Of a DNA stretch of 64,000 nt, positions 27,516-36,222 are shown one piece after another (the stretch's first letter is position 1; every line of letters starts with the position of its first letter). The stretch is from a virus. Taxonomy: Duplodnaviria; Heunggongvirae; Uroviricota; Caudoviricetes. A program made the position numbers and the translations under genes. The stretch covers positions 44,894 through 108,893 of the IMG/VR virus record IMGVR_UViG_3300008261_001827; one strand, written 5' to 3'. The notes under the pieces were generated by a model. It was given only the letters and a program-made list of their open reading frames with translations, was not told where the DNA came from and ran no database searches.

Positions 27516-28030
27516 TATACATATGCCTTCAAAAGAGCGCCGTGCATGTTATAGAATTCGATTCTATCGAAACCTTCGTCTGCAGTCGGAAGAACAAAGC
27601 TTTCCATCATGTTTGCGACGACTTCGTTAGGAATGTTCTTGCCAGGGCGGTTCTGAAGACGATGCATCCAATCCTTTTGGTCGCTGATATGCCCAGCTTC
27701 AGGTGGAACGATGCATACGCAGTTCACTTCGTAACTCGCCTGACGCATACGATTAACGATCTTGCGACGCTTGCCAACGCCGAGGTTGGTCTGATCCCAG
27801 ATGATATCCTTACGTAGCTTAATCATCGAGTTCAACTTCTGCTCGTTGAACTCCGTCGCAGCCTTAATGTTTGAAGAAAACGCCTCGTTATAAGTGATGC
27901 CGTTGTCTTCAGCGACTGTATCGATATACATATCGGTGCTATAGATCCAGGTGTCTTCAGAGATCATTCTCTGAATGAGAGTGCTCTTACCGGTAGCAGG
28001 CAACCCAACCATCACAGTACAAGTAGGCAT
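27515..28030 (-). CDS. P-loop kinase (Pnk kinase-domain / AAA_33-like)
   Basis: GLPATGKST Walker A, WDQTN, RRKIV. ATG at 28030 with SD GGAGA chosen over the TTG at 28045. Confidence 0.6.
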   Translation of the reverse strand: MPTCTVMVGLPATGKSTLIQRMISEDTWIYSTDMYIDTVAEDNGITYNEAFSSNIKAATEFNEQKLNSMIKLRKDIIWDQTNLGVGKRRKIVNRMRQASYEVNCVCIVPPEAGHISDQKDWMHRLQNRPGKNIPNEVVANMMESFVLPTADEGFDRIEFYNMHGALLKAYV

Positions 28031-28041
28031 GTTTTCTCCAA

Positions 28042-28350
28042 TCAATACTTAAAGTTTCCACTCGCTTCGTTATCTTTGAAACCAGTCATATATGCTTCGA
28101 TTTCATTAGGAGTCATACGATCCTCAGGAATTAATTCGCTGGATCCGGTGCCACCAACGTAGTAGTGAGGAACACATGGACGACGGTAGTAACTATCAGC
28201 ACCACCGCGATCGTAGGGTCCACCATGACGTCTATCGTTAGATTGAGACATTAGGTTATTCTCTGCGAGTTTAATCAGCTGAGTAAGTTCTTCGTTCGTC
28301 ATACCGCAGATTGCAGCTTTGACTTCTTCGAGGCTATTAAAGGTAGTCAT
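28042..28350 (-). CDS. Hypothetical protein
   Basis: Start MTTFNS with SD AAAGGA, downstream of a family promoter. Confidence 0.5.
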   Translation of the reverse strand: MTTFNSLEEVKAAICGMTNEELTQLIKLAENNLMSQSNDRRHGGPYDRGGADSYYRRPCVPHYYVGGTGSSELIPEDRMTPNEIEAYMTGFKDNEASGNFKY

Positions 28351-28380
28351 TATCGTATTCCTTTCGTTTCCTACAGATAT

Positions 28381-28410
28381 AGAATACACTGATTCTAAAC
28401 GAATGTAAAT
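28381..28410 (-). promoter_or_regulatory. Conserved early promoter
   Basis: rc ATTTACATTCGTTTAGAATCAGTGTATTCT. 31 nt upstream of the 28350 start. Confidence 0.65.
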
Positions 28411-28421
28411 AGAAAAGTTGT

Positions 28422-28868
28422 TTAGAAGTCCTCATCACCTTGGTATACGTTGAACACAAAGATACCTTGCGAGCGCCAAGCTCTAACTACCCTGGGTCTG
28501 TCGTCAAACACCATGTCAGGCTTACGACCGTAGTCAGCGATGATCTCGTCTAGGATTTCCAGCTTGACAATGTCATCACTGCGGAGGTCGTCTGCCTTAC
28601 GCATGTACAGCTTTTCAAACGTATGCAGATGATTAGCAGTCAGCCAACTAATCGTGGCTTGACGACTGCGCTCGTTGCGACCGCTAGCGAGAATGATCTG
28701 GTTCCCAGCAGCACTCAGACAGTGAAATGCTTCTGCTACAGCTCGGTTCACTTTATCATTTGGAATGCCAGCATCGAAAGCAGCCCAGTTCTTAGGCTTG
28801 CTTCGAACGTAATCCAGACGGTGATCAATGTTAGCCAGTGTTCCGTCGATATCAAATACAATTAGCAT
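28422..28868 (-). CDS. HAD-family phosphatase (Pnk 3'-phosphatase-domain-like)
   Basis: MLIVFDIDGTL DxDGT motif I. 148 aa. Confidence 0.65.
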   Translation of the reverse strand: MLIVFDIDGTLANIDHRLDYVRSKPKNWAAFDAGIPNDKVNRAVAEAFHCLSAAGNQIILASGRNERSRQATISWLTANHLHTFEKLYMRKADDLRSDDIVKLEILDEIIADYGRKPDMVFDDRPRVVRAWRSQGIFVFNVYQGDEDF

Positions 28869-29224
28869 TATCTTACCTTCATATAGTTATTCAGCAGTCC
28901 TTCGATGTTTGCCTTACCTACTATGTTTTTTGAGTGGACATAGAAGTCAAAGTTTTCTGGAAACCGATATATATCTTCTGGAGTTTCCATGTCGATATTA
29001 ATGAGCATCTTTACGATGTCGTATCCGGTGCCGCTGTCTTCTCCAAGATCGTGGTCGAAACTAATGTAGGACGGCATGCCTTTCTCGAGGAATGCATCTA
29101 ACACTTCCTGACCGTTACGAGCAACTACCCACTCTTCGTTACGATACTTTTCCTGAACTTGCCAAGGAGCCCAAGTGACGTCCGAAAGATTGCGTTCATC
29201 GTCGATGAATAGATTCCAATCCAT
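28868..29224 (-). CDS. Hypothetical protein
   Basis: 118-aa ORF with overlapping stop/start. Confidence 0.5.
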   Translation of the reverse strand: MDWNLFIDDERNLSDVTWAPWQVQEKYRNEEWVVARNGQEVLDAFLEKGMPSYISFDHDLGEDSGTGYDIVKMLINIDMETPEDIYRFPENFDFYVHSKNIVGKANIEGLLNNYMKVR

Positions 29225-29225
29225 C

Positions 29226-29389
29226 TCAAATCACCTTCTTGATTTCGATATAATAGTAGTACGTTTTGTCAAGACCTTCAACGATCTTTTCCGCGGCATC
29301 TTTTGTATCTTCACGGAAAAGATCATAAGACTCGTAACGATCACCGGTTTTACGGTCGAACTCTTCGTAATGCGCGTAGATCTTGTACA
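29226..29389 (-). CDS. Small protein MYKIYAHYEEFDRKTGDRYESYDLF... (not in ORF track)
   Basis: SD GGAG 8 nt upstream. Directly downstream of a family promoter. Its stop overlaps the next ATG. Confidence 0.45.
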
Positions 29390-29416
29390 TCAGTTGCTCC
29401 GTTCCTTACAATACTA

Positions 29417-29446
29417 GAATACACTGATTCTAAACGAATGTAAATA
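29417..29446 (-). promoter_or_regulatory. Conserved early promoter
   Basis: Identical to the 28381 copy. About 28 nt upstream of the 29389 start. Confidence 0.65.
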
Positions 29447-29451
29447 GAAAA

Positions 29452-29476
29452 AGAGCGCCGAAGCGCTCTTTTTTTG
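29452..29476. terminator. Rho-independent terminator (bidirectional: A-tract, hairpin, T-tract)
   Basis: aaaaagagcgc-cgaa-gcgctcttttttt, immediately after the 29492 stop. Confidence 0.7.
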
Positions 29477-29491
29477 TTGAGTCTTACTGAT

Positions 29492-29701
29492 TTACCAAAT
29501 TCCTAAAGTTCTACCATTACTTGCGATAATAAAGACGCATGTTACAATATGTAATACGATCCAAAAAGTTCTGAATGCTAGCGCACGCTTTACATCTGTC
29601 TGTGTAATTGGCAAGAATTCTGGTTTATCGTCATCTGTAATGCCGATTGGCATGCCAACAGTTCTGGCCCACATTTTTAAGAAGCGTCTTTGGCCACTCA
29701 T
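29492..29701 (-). CDS. Small membrane protein
   Basis: 69 aa with a C-terminal TM helix. Start overlaps the AOX stop. Confidence 0.45.
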   Translation of the reverse strand: MSGQRRFLKMWARTVGMPIGITDDDKPEFLPITQTDVKRALAFRTFWIVLHIVTCVFIIASNGRTLGIW

Positions 29702-30339
29702 TATAGTTTATCAGCCATTCCGTGATTTACGTCTGCGTGACCCTGCTCATCAGATCTTACTGCAATAACAACATCTCTTAACGTAGCATCGTCTGCTAAG
29801 CTATAATAATCGATAGCAATCCGCGGCGCCGGTATGTTTTCTGCTCTTCCTGCATCGATTTCTTCTAGATAATGCGTATAACTAATCACCGCCTGATTCT
29901 CAAAGTAACCGACCATGCGATGAGCTGTTCTAGGAAAGAAAACATACAGTACAAAGTAAAAATGCCAGAACACGAACTGTGCAAATGCCACTATCAAACG
30001 TTCGAACCAATTTGGCCGAGCGATCTCTATGAAGATCATCAAGTGCATACGCTCGTTCTCTGCTTCGTCTAATAGAGTCTTAATCCAACCACGTTTGTCC
30101 GGTTCCATATTACGTAGACTACGAAGGTGTTGCCACATACCGGCTACCATGCCAGGAACACCGGCGACTGTTTCTAATACAACCGCGCGGTGCCCATATC
30201 TTCCAGCAAAAAATGTATCCGCAAACCAACGAAAGAACATAGTAAGCGCGTATGCGAACCTATCGCTAAAGTTTTTTGGATCCGGAATCATTTTTAACTT
30301 CCCCAGCCAGCGAAGTCTTGTTCCTCTACAGGAAACCAT
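29701..30339 (-). CDS. aox: Alternative oxidase (ubiquinol oxidase, AOX)
   Basis: LETVAGVPGMV, EAENERMHL, ISYTHYLEE and RSDEQGHADVNH di-iron ligand motifs, near-collinear with plant and bacterial AOX. Confidence 0.85.
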   Translation of the reverse strand: MVSCRGTRLRWLGKLKMIPDPKNFSDRFAYALTMFFRWFADTFFAGRYGHRAVVLETVAGVPGMVAGMWQHLRSLRNMEPDKRGWIKTLLDEAENERMHLMIFIEIARPNWFERLIVAFAQFVFWHFYFVLYVFFPRTAHRMVGYFENQAVISYTHYLEEIDAGRAENIPAPRIAIDYYSLADDATLRDVVIAVRSDEQGHADVNHGMADKL

Positions 30340-30349
30340 TTATTATCGG

Positions 30350-30727
30350 TCATTGTGAACCGAGAGTCTTAAGATACGCAATAAGATTTGCACGCTCTTC
30401 TTCTTTGGCTACTTTAACATTCATCTTTGTACCAGAAACTAGTTTCTTTGGATCTGCAAGCCAAGCATCCAGCAATTCATCAGTCCACAATGAGTTTGTA
30501 GCAGCAAATTCAGTTAGTGCTGCGCTGTACTTGTAGTCTGCGTTTGCGGCCACTCCGCGAGTAGAGATACCATAAAGATTTGGGCCATTTCCGTTCTTGC
30601 CGCCTTCATCAACAGAATGGCAGCTAGCACACTTTTTAAACGACTTTTCTCCAGCGGCCGCATCACCCTCAGCGTACGAAATTGATGGAAGAAGTGCGAC
30701 TAAGAGTGCAAGTGTAGTTTTAGTCAT
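30350..30727 (-). CDS. Class I c-type cytochrome (cytochrome c2/c550-like), secreted
   Basis: Signal peptide. CASCH heme-binding motif, GPNLYGI, and a distal Met in GTKMN. 125 aa. Confidence 0.8.
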   Translation of the reverse strand: MTKTTLALLVALLPSISYAEGDAAAGEKSFKKCASCHSVDEGGKNGNGPNLYGISTRGVAANADYKYSAALTEFAATNSLWTDELLDAWLADPKKLVSGTKMNVKVAKEEERANLIAYLKTLGSQ

Positions 30728-30750
30728 CTGATTTTTCCTTTTAATTTAAA

Positions 30751-31098
30751 TTATTCGTGTTCGCCGCCGTTCATGCGACCGTTGTAGTTAGACAAACGAG
30801 TTGCATCTCTACGACGATTTCCTTCTTTGTATACTAGCGCAGTAACGAACACGCCGGATACAAACAATACATGCAACGTTGCACTAACACCAAAAGCAAG
30901 GTAACTGCCCAACATTAGAGCAAAGATAGCAGACCATACAAATGCTAACACTTGAAACAGCATGTGGGCTACCATTGGATCAAAGTTTTTTAGTGGTGAA
31001 TGTTCGATGGTCATAATGGTTTGATATGCTTCTTTAGGCATTCTCAGCAAAAGCAAAAAGGTATTTGCCATGCCAGGGCTAGATTTGCGGTTGTTCAT
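30751..31098 (-). CDS. Membrane protein
   Basis: 115 aa with two or three predicted TM helices. Confidence 0.45.
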   Translation of the reverse strand: MNNRKSSPGMANTFLLLLRMPKEAYQTIMTIEHSPLKNFDPMVAHMLFQVLAFVWSAIFALMLGSYLAFGVSATLHVLFVSGVFVTALVYKEGNRRRDATRLSNYNGRMNGGEHE

Positions 31099-31499
31099 TA
31101 TTTCGTTTCCTTAGCAATCATTTTGTATCCAGTTCCTGTAGGATGCACACCATCCTTGCTCAGTGGATAAGCTCTGGTATCCACAACCCAGTCTTTAAAC
31201 TTTTCGGCAATTGTGAGCGCAGCATACCTGGATTCTTGGTTGTTCGAACTGAGAATCCAAATAACGTCACCTTGGATGAGTTCACGCAAGGCCAGCATAG
31301 GACCATACGATTCTACATAGCCATCATTTGAACCTAGACTGATAATGGTCTTTTTGGATTCTGTCAACACAAACTGTCTATACAAGCCGTTGGCATAGTC
31401 CTCGGAATTGATGCCGGACTTGGCTTGCACAACACATTCTGGCCGCATCTGGCCGATACCAACTGCAATACTATCGCCTAAAATCAAACATTCAATCAT
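31098..31499 (-). CDS. SGNH/GDSL-family hydrolase
   Basis: LGDSIA (block I), GSNDG (block III), DGVHP (block V). Confidence 0.55.
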   Translation of the reverse strand: MIECLILGDSIAVGIGQMRPECVVQAKSGINSEDYANGLYRQFVLTESKKTIISLGSNDGYVESYGPMLALRELIQGDVIWILSSNNQESRYAALTIAEKFKDWVVDTRAYPLSKDGVHPTGTGYKMIAKETK

Positions 31500-31511
31500 T
31501 ATTTATCTTCC

Positions 31512-32477
31512 TTACTGTGCAGGTTTAGTTGCGACGTCCATGAAAGGAACAGTAGACCCTGGAATCATAGTAGTAGGCAGTTGGCCATTCCACTTTTCAG
31601 CTTGAGTCAGAGCAATCAGACCAGCATTATCCTTAAGAGCTTCTGCCTTTGCCTTAATGGCCGATGCTTCTGCTTCACCACGGATACGAGTGGCTTCTGC
31701 TTCAGCAGTTGCTCGAGCAAGTTGTGCATCAGCTTCTGCTTGCGCCTGGATCACAGTAATCTCAGCAGTAACCTTTTCACGTTCTGCGTTCTGACGAACT
31801 TTCTGAACTTCGACTTCTGCGAGCATACGAGCTTCGATCGACTGTTCATACGCATCGGAGAAGTCAATGTTTTCGATCTGAACCGACTCAACAATGATCG
31901 GACCAATCACGGCTTTTTGAATAGCCATCTGCACTTCAGCAGCAAGACGTTCACGCTCTTGAATAGCAGTAGATGCGTTGAACTTACCGAAAATGTTCTT
32001 TACTTCTTCGAGAACCTGACGATCGAGAAGACGCGAGATAACACCGGCTTCACCACCGTACTCGCGGTAGATCGTCTCAACTTGATCTGCAGGGAAGCGA
32101 TAGTTAACAGACAGGTTCAGGCCCGCAGTTTGTTGGTCTCGTGAGTAAGCAAGGATGTTCTCGTACAACTGAGCTTGCGATTGAACGCTAATATCAATCA
32201 CTGAGTCGATAATCGGCATCTTAAAACCAAGACCAGGTTCTGACGTTCCAATCACCGCGCCATTTCGCAGGGCTACACCACGGTAACCTTCATCAACGGT
32301 ATACCACGATCCACCAATAACAGTAAGAGCAGTAATACCAATAAGAGTAGCAAAAGTACCACCAACGATAGCATTCATTTTCATTTTCCTCATGTGATTA
32401 TCATATTTTACCATAGCATCCCGATATTGCTCGGGTTTATCGAAGTCCCAACGATCAGGCTTTTGCATCAGGCTCAA
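31512..32477 (-). CDS. SPFH / band-7 (prohibitin/HflC-like) membrane protein
   Basis: N-terminal TM, SPFH core, and an Ala/Glu-rich coiled-coil C-terminus. Confidence 0.8.
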   Translation of the reverse strand: MSLMQKPDRWDFDKPEQYRDAMVKYDNHMRKMKMNAIVGGTFATLIGITALTVIGGSWYTVDEGYRGVALRNGAVIGTSEPGLGFKMPIIDSVIDISVQSQAQLYENILAYSRDQQTAGLNLSVNYRFPADQVETIYREYGGEAGVISRLLDRQVLEEVKNIFGKFNASTAIQERERLAAEVQMAIQKAVIGPIIVESVQIENIDFSDAYEQSIEARMLAEVEVQKVRQNAEREKVTAEITVIQAQAEADAQLARATAEAEATRIRGEAEASAIKAKAEALKDNAGLIALTQAEKWNGQLPTTMIPGSTVPFMDVATKPAQ

Positions 32478-32646
32478 CCTTAGATTTCAGTGAATCATCT
32501 TGCACGTATTCGTTACCAGCTTCGTCAGTCTTATATGTGTAGCGTTCTGGTTGACGTTTAAACGTCACGTTTGATAGTAACCAGTATACACCTGCACCCA
32601 AGATGAATGCGACAACCGTTAATCCAATCATAGTATAGAAAGCCAT
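32455..32646 (-). CDS. Small single-TM protein (SPFH partner-like)
   Basis: 63 aa with a TM helix. Overlaps the SPFH gene start. Confidence 0.45.
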   Translation of the reverse strand: MAFYTMIGLTVVAFILGAGVYWLLSNVTFKRQPERYTYKTDEAGNEYVQDDSLKSKVEPDAKA

Positions 32647-32658
32647 TATTTTGTTCCC

Positions 32659-32847
32659 TTATCCAAAAAAGTACCACATCCAGAAGGCAAGAACACCAAT
32701 CCACGGAATATAGATTTTACCACTGAGTTGAACTGTTCGCAACCCTGCTTTTACTTGTGGTGTATCAAAAAGCATGATGAGACCTACGATAGTAAGCGAA
32801 GCCCAGATGTGGGCCACAACACCGACGGTATACATAATCCAGTCCAT
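32659..32847 (-). CDS. Small two-TM membrane protein
   Basis: Start MDWIMYT with SD GGAGG. Directly downstream of a promoter-like motif. Confidence 0.4.
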   Translation of the reverse strand: MDWIMYTVGVVAHIWASLTIVGLIMLFDTPQVKAGLRTVQLSGKIYIPWIGVLAFWMWYFFG

Positions 32848-32880
32848 TTTATTCCTCCAATGGATCAACCTTACAGAATC

Positions 32881-32910
32881 AATATAATCACTGTTAGGCA
32901 GAATGTCAAC
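32881..32910 (-). promoter_or_regulatory. Early promoter, divergent family member
   Basis: rc GTTGACATTCTGCCTAACAGTGATTATATT (TTGACA, 17 nt, TATATT). Confidence 0.5.
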
Positions 32911-32923
32911 CACTGTTTTCAAT

Positions 32924-33232
32924 TTATTTGATTAAATTGCTCCAAGTTTTGAGTTTGTTGCGCTTTACATCTACTCTATCTCTCAACTCTTTGTCTGTCA
33001 AGATACCGTGCTCGACCATCAGTTCGATCATGCAAAGAACGTCGCCCGCTTCTTCGATCAACAAATCCCTATACTTGTCGTTCTGGATTTCTTCGAGTGT
33101 AGTATACTTACGCATGATCTTCATACATACTTGCGTCAGTTCGCCACATTCTTCTGATGTAATCGCCATGAGTTGTTGTATGGTATTCAGAGGTGATTCC
33201 AGTTCTTCATTGCTTACCATGATTAATCCCAC
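32924..33232 (-). CDS. mazG: MazG-like nucleotide pyrophosphohydrolase
   Basis: EECGEL and EEAGDVL metal-binding motifs. About 100 aa, all-alpha NTP-PPase. Confidence 0.75.
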   Translation of the reverse strand: MGLIMVSNEELESPLNTIQQLMAITSEECGELTQVCMKIMRKYTTLEEIQNDKYRDLLIEEAGDVLCMIELMVEHGILTDKELRDRVDVKRNKLKTWSNLIK

Positions 33233-33924
33233 AGTCCAAAGTAATACTTTGCGAAGAGACGAAGTCCATTACCGATGCGATCGTAGTGAGCCTTCTGACC
33301 TACGTGATCAACCTCGAATGTATGGTTAGGTCCGTGGTTCATACGATAGAGTTCACTATCTTCTTCCTTGTCAAACTTCCAGTCAACTTCACCAGAGTAG
33401 AATTGTTCGTCACCTTTATCATCCTTAGAGCACTGTTCAAACGCCCAGATCATTTCATCTATGACCCAGTCCCAACGAGCATGTGTATTGTCGTCAATAT
33501 CCCACTCGTCTTTTTTCGGTGGGGCAGCAGTGCTACGAAGATGTTCAGGAACGTCCTCATCATCAACGTGAGGCGAACCATGCTTCTTCTGTTTTAGTCG
33601 AATAAGCAGAGGATGAACGATCAGAGCAATCGTATGATCAGCACCCCAAACATCGTAGTCATCAATGCGGATCTTAATCTTGCGTTCGTTCTTGTCAAGA
33701 TACTTGTTGATGGTCTTATTGAGAACATCCATCATAGCATCAGTGACTTTCTCAACTACGCGATCGTACCAAGTGTAGTCTTTCTCGCTGTAGTCGTACC
33801 CAACCACACCAAAGCGCTTTGCAAAATACCAATCCTGGAGTTTCAAAGGTCCAGAGATTCGATCGCGGTAAGGTCCGATAGTTGCTTTCATTCGCTTTCT
33901 CCAATTAGTTTTTTTAGACTCCAC
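33223..33924 (-). CDS. Hypothetical protein
   Basis: 233-aa ORF. Confidence 0.5.
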   Translation of the reverse strand: MESKKTNWRKRMKATIGPYRDRISGPLKLQDWYFAKRFGVVGYDYSEKDYTWYDRVVEKVTDAMMDVLNKTINKYLDKNERKIKIRIDDYDVWGADHTIALIVHPLLIRLKQKKHGSPHVDDEDVPEHLRSTAAPPKKDEWDIDDNTHARWDWVIDEMIWAFEQCSKDDKGDEQFYSGEVDWKFDKEEDSELYRMNHGPNHTFEVDHVGQKAHYDRIGNGLRLFAKYYFGLWD

Positions 33925-34076
33925 ATAATAAAGTCGTAGTCACCATCTTCGTTAGAATACATGATATCATACGCTGTTTGAAGGCCAGCAATATATGCTT
34001 GTTTCATTAGGTCAATAGTATCATTCCCAAAGTCAACATCATATTGGTTCTTTTCTAGCCATTCTTGCCAAGTCAT
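33888..34076 (-). CDS. Hypothetical protein
   Basis: 62-aa ORF. Confidence 0.4.
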   Translation of the reverse strand: MTWQEWLEKNQYDVDFGNDTIDLMKQAYIAGLQTAYDIMYSNEDGDYDFIMWSLKKLIGESE

Positions 34077-34187
34077 TCTTTTACCTCAACGTATTCAATT
34101 TTAGGGTAACCGTCTGTGTACATATGACGATGAGCGTCTGAACATTGATACCGTCCCATGCGTGTTTGAACTTCCAAGGATACTGTT

Positions 34188-34475
34188 TCAAAAGTAACTC
34201 CTAGGCATTTTCAGATTTTCGACCAGCCGGATCAACTTCTGCTTTGTTTCTTCAAATTGTTCGAGAGCAATCTTCTTGGTAAGATTGCAATCATCCATAA
34301 CAGCGCTCATCTTATCAAGTATTTCTTTTACCTCAATACCGTCAGTACCAACTTCTCGAACCTTATCAATAGCTTCATTCTTGGTGCGCTGAATGTCAGC
34401 ATCAGCTTTGGTATAATCACGGACAGCGCGGTCGAGCGCGCAGTTCAGACGTTCAAAAGCAAGAGTATCAATCAT
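34188..34475 (-). CDS. Hypothetical coiled-coil protein
   Basis: 95-aa ORF. Confidence 0.45.
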   Translation of the reverse strand: MIDTLAFERLNCALDRAVRDYTKADADIQRTKNEAIDKVREVGTDGIEVKEILDKMSAVMDDCNLTKKIALEQFEETKQKLIRLVENLKMPRSYF

Positions 34476-34843
34476 TCGATTACCTCGTATACCGGAACAC
34501 CGGCTTCATTTCCAATGCGGACCATATGAGCAGTACCATTACCACCCTTAAATGCTATAATAACATGCGGTTGCGATTCTGTCAACATCTTTATGTTTCG
34601 GATTGGCCCTGCTCTTTTTCCATGAGTTTCCCAGTCCGCTTCATACACTCTAATATTGCTGACTTGCCTTGTCTTCGCCCACTCATGTGAATGTCTATCC
34701 GCCCCTCTTGCTCCTCCATGTGCCAAAGCAAAAGATTTTCCTGCCAAGGTTGCAGCCTCGAGCGCGCTGTCGAGGACTTTAAAGAGTCGTTCTCGGTTGT
34801 CATAATCTCTCCCTCCACAGACGAGTACTCGGAATTCATTCAT
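34472..34843 (-). CDS. SLOG-domain / DUF2493-like protein
   Basis: VLVCGGRDY...HGGARGADR...GPIRN Rossmann-like motifs. Confidence 0.5.
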   Translation of the reverse strand: MNEFRVLVCGGRDYDNRERLFKVLDSALEAATLAGKSFALAHGGARGADRHSHEWAKTRQVSNIRVYEADWETHGKRAGPIRNIKMLTESQPHVIIAFKGGNGTAHMVRIGNEAGVPVYEVIE

Positions 34844-35334
34844 TCCAATTCTTCATTTGGAAACTCTTCGGTAGGAACAAACACATATTCGCTCTGATCT
34901 GGTTGTGTCCAAGGAAAAGTAATATACACTCGGCTGTTACTACTCGTATAGTGGCTCTTGAACGGTTTACCATCATCGATCTCAGGATGCGTAGCCCACT
35001 CCCAGAACACTCGGCCCTCGATCCAGTATGCTTGACCATCCTCTCCTTTAAACACCACACTGTTGCGGCGGTTCTGCCAAGTGCTTTCACCCACCTCGTT
35101 CCACTCGTCGTCTTCGCCAGTCAACGGTGCGATAGGTTTCCATAATGCAAGTTTTTCAAAGAGAGCTACCGCATACGGTGCAGACATACCACTGTGCCCT
35201 TGTTCTGAGAACACTTTCAGTAGTTCGAGTGTCCCTTCTGCAAGCCAGCGATTTGGCCCGTCTTCCGGATCATTAATATCGTATCCTGCAAGTTTTAGCT
35301 CTTGCTCAGCCCATTCCATCCTAGCCATAATCAT
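34840..35334 (-). CDS. Hypothetical protein
   Basis: 164-aa ORF. Confidence 0.5.
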   Translation of the reverse strand: MIMARMEWAEQELKLAGYDINDPEDGPNRWLAEGTLELLKVFSEQGHSGMSAPYAVALFEKLALWKPIAPLTGEDDEWNEVGESTWQNRRNSVVFKGEDGQAYWIEGRVFWEWATHPEIDDGKPFKSHYTSSNSRVYITFPWTQPDQSEYVFVPTEEFPNEELE

Positions 35335-35717
35335 TTATCCTCATCATTCATTGTTTGCCACTGGTGTTTCTCCGAATATACAGCGCTAGTAACTCTCACA
35401 AATGTAGGGCACTGTGAATCGTTACAGACGTATCCCATTACCTGATCCAGTCGAAGACCACATCGGCTGCATTTGAAAGGTTGTTGCAGAACATCGGGCC
35501 CAGGATACGTTGGCGAATACGTTGGGACGTACGAGGGTTTCTCTTTTACCACCATTTCAATTTTGACTTCTGAACCCAACTCATAGATTTTATCAGCCTT
35601 AGAATCAAATTCAGGATTTCTGTAAAGCCATTCTAGATCGTTTACCATAACTAGAGCATGCCCTTGTTTGCTCCAGATATAATATTTTTCAGTTTTCATA
35701 CTCATTTTATAATCCAA
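35331..35717 (-). CDS. Hypothetical Cys-rich protein
   Basis: 128 aa. CSRCG..C..C putative zinc-binding cluster. Confidence 0.45.
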   Translation of the reverse strand: MDYKMSMKTEKYYIWSKQGHALVMVNDLEWLYRNPEFDSKADKIYELGSEVKIEMVVKEKPSYVPTYSPTYPGPDVLQQPFKCSRCGLRLDQVMGYVCNDSQCPTFVRVTSAVYSEKHQWQTMNDEDK

Positions 35718-36025
35718 TCCGTATTCATCCAGTCTGTATCTTCTGGCATCATCTCTACATTATCACCGTGCTGAGCTTTTAAACCCGACCAAATATGAGC
35801 ATTGTTCATACGAAGACAGTATCCAGTCTTTCGGCATTCATAGCAAGATCCACTCGAGCCATAAAACATAAACGCATGTTCAGTTTCTTCGACACGAGTA
35901 ATACCGCTATTCATTCGCCAAGAGTCGCCAGTCGTGTAGCCACCCGACCAGCCTGCAAGAATACGATAATGAGGATCGTCACCTTTAAATTTGATTACGA
36001 CCCAGTTATCAGGAGTGTATGTCAT
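35702..36025 (-). CDS. Hypothetical protein
   Basis: 107-aa ORF. Confidence 0.45.
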   Translation of the reverse strand: MTYTPDNWVVIKFKGDDPHYRILAGWSGGYTTGDSWRMNSGITRVEETEHAFMFYGSSGSCYECRKTGYCLRMNNAHIWSGLKAQHGDNVEMMPEDTDWMNTDWIIK

Positions 36026-36222
36026 AGTCCTAATGCCTTCTTCATTTCATCTTGCGCGTCTTCTCGGCCCGCTCTGTATGCCATTCGGATCAATTCGGCA
36101 ATTCTGTTTGCAACTGCTTCATTTTGAGCGGGTACATTCCAGTACCTAGATGCAACACTCCAGCCAGTTCCATGTGCTGAAACAAATGCTTCACAGTCTA
36201 AAAATGGGTTATGTTCGGTCAT
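36022..36222 (-). CDS. Hypothetical protein
   Basis: 66-aa ORF. Confidence 0.4.
   Translation of the reverse strand: MTEHNPFLDCEAFVSAHGTGWSVASRYWNVPAQNEAVANRIAELIRMAYRAGREDAQDEMKKALGL

Noticed and set aside
31581-32144. 187-aa plus-strand ORF
   Set aside because: Antisense shadow of the SPFH gene. It is Ser/Cys/Leu-rich and lies in a region where all supported genes are on the minus strand.
34591-34839. 82-aa alternative-frame ORF
   Set aside because: Fully nested in another frame of the SLOG/DUF2493 gene (34472-34843). The latter has the recognisable domain motifs.
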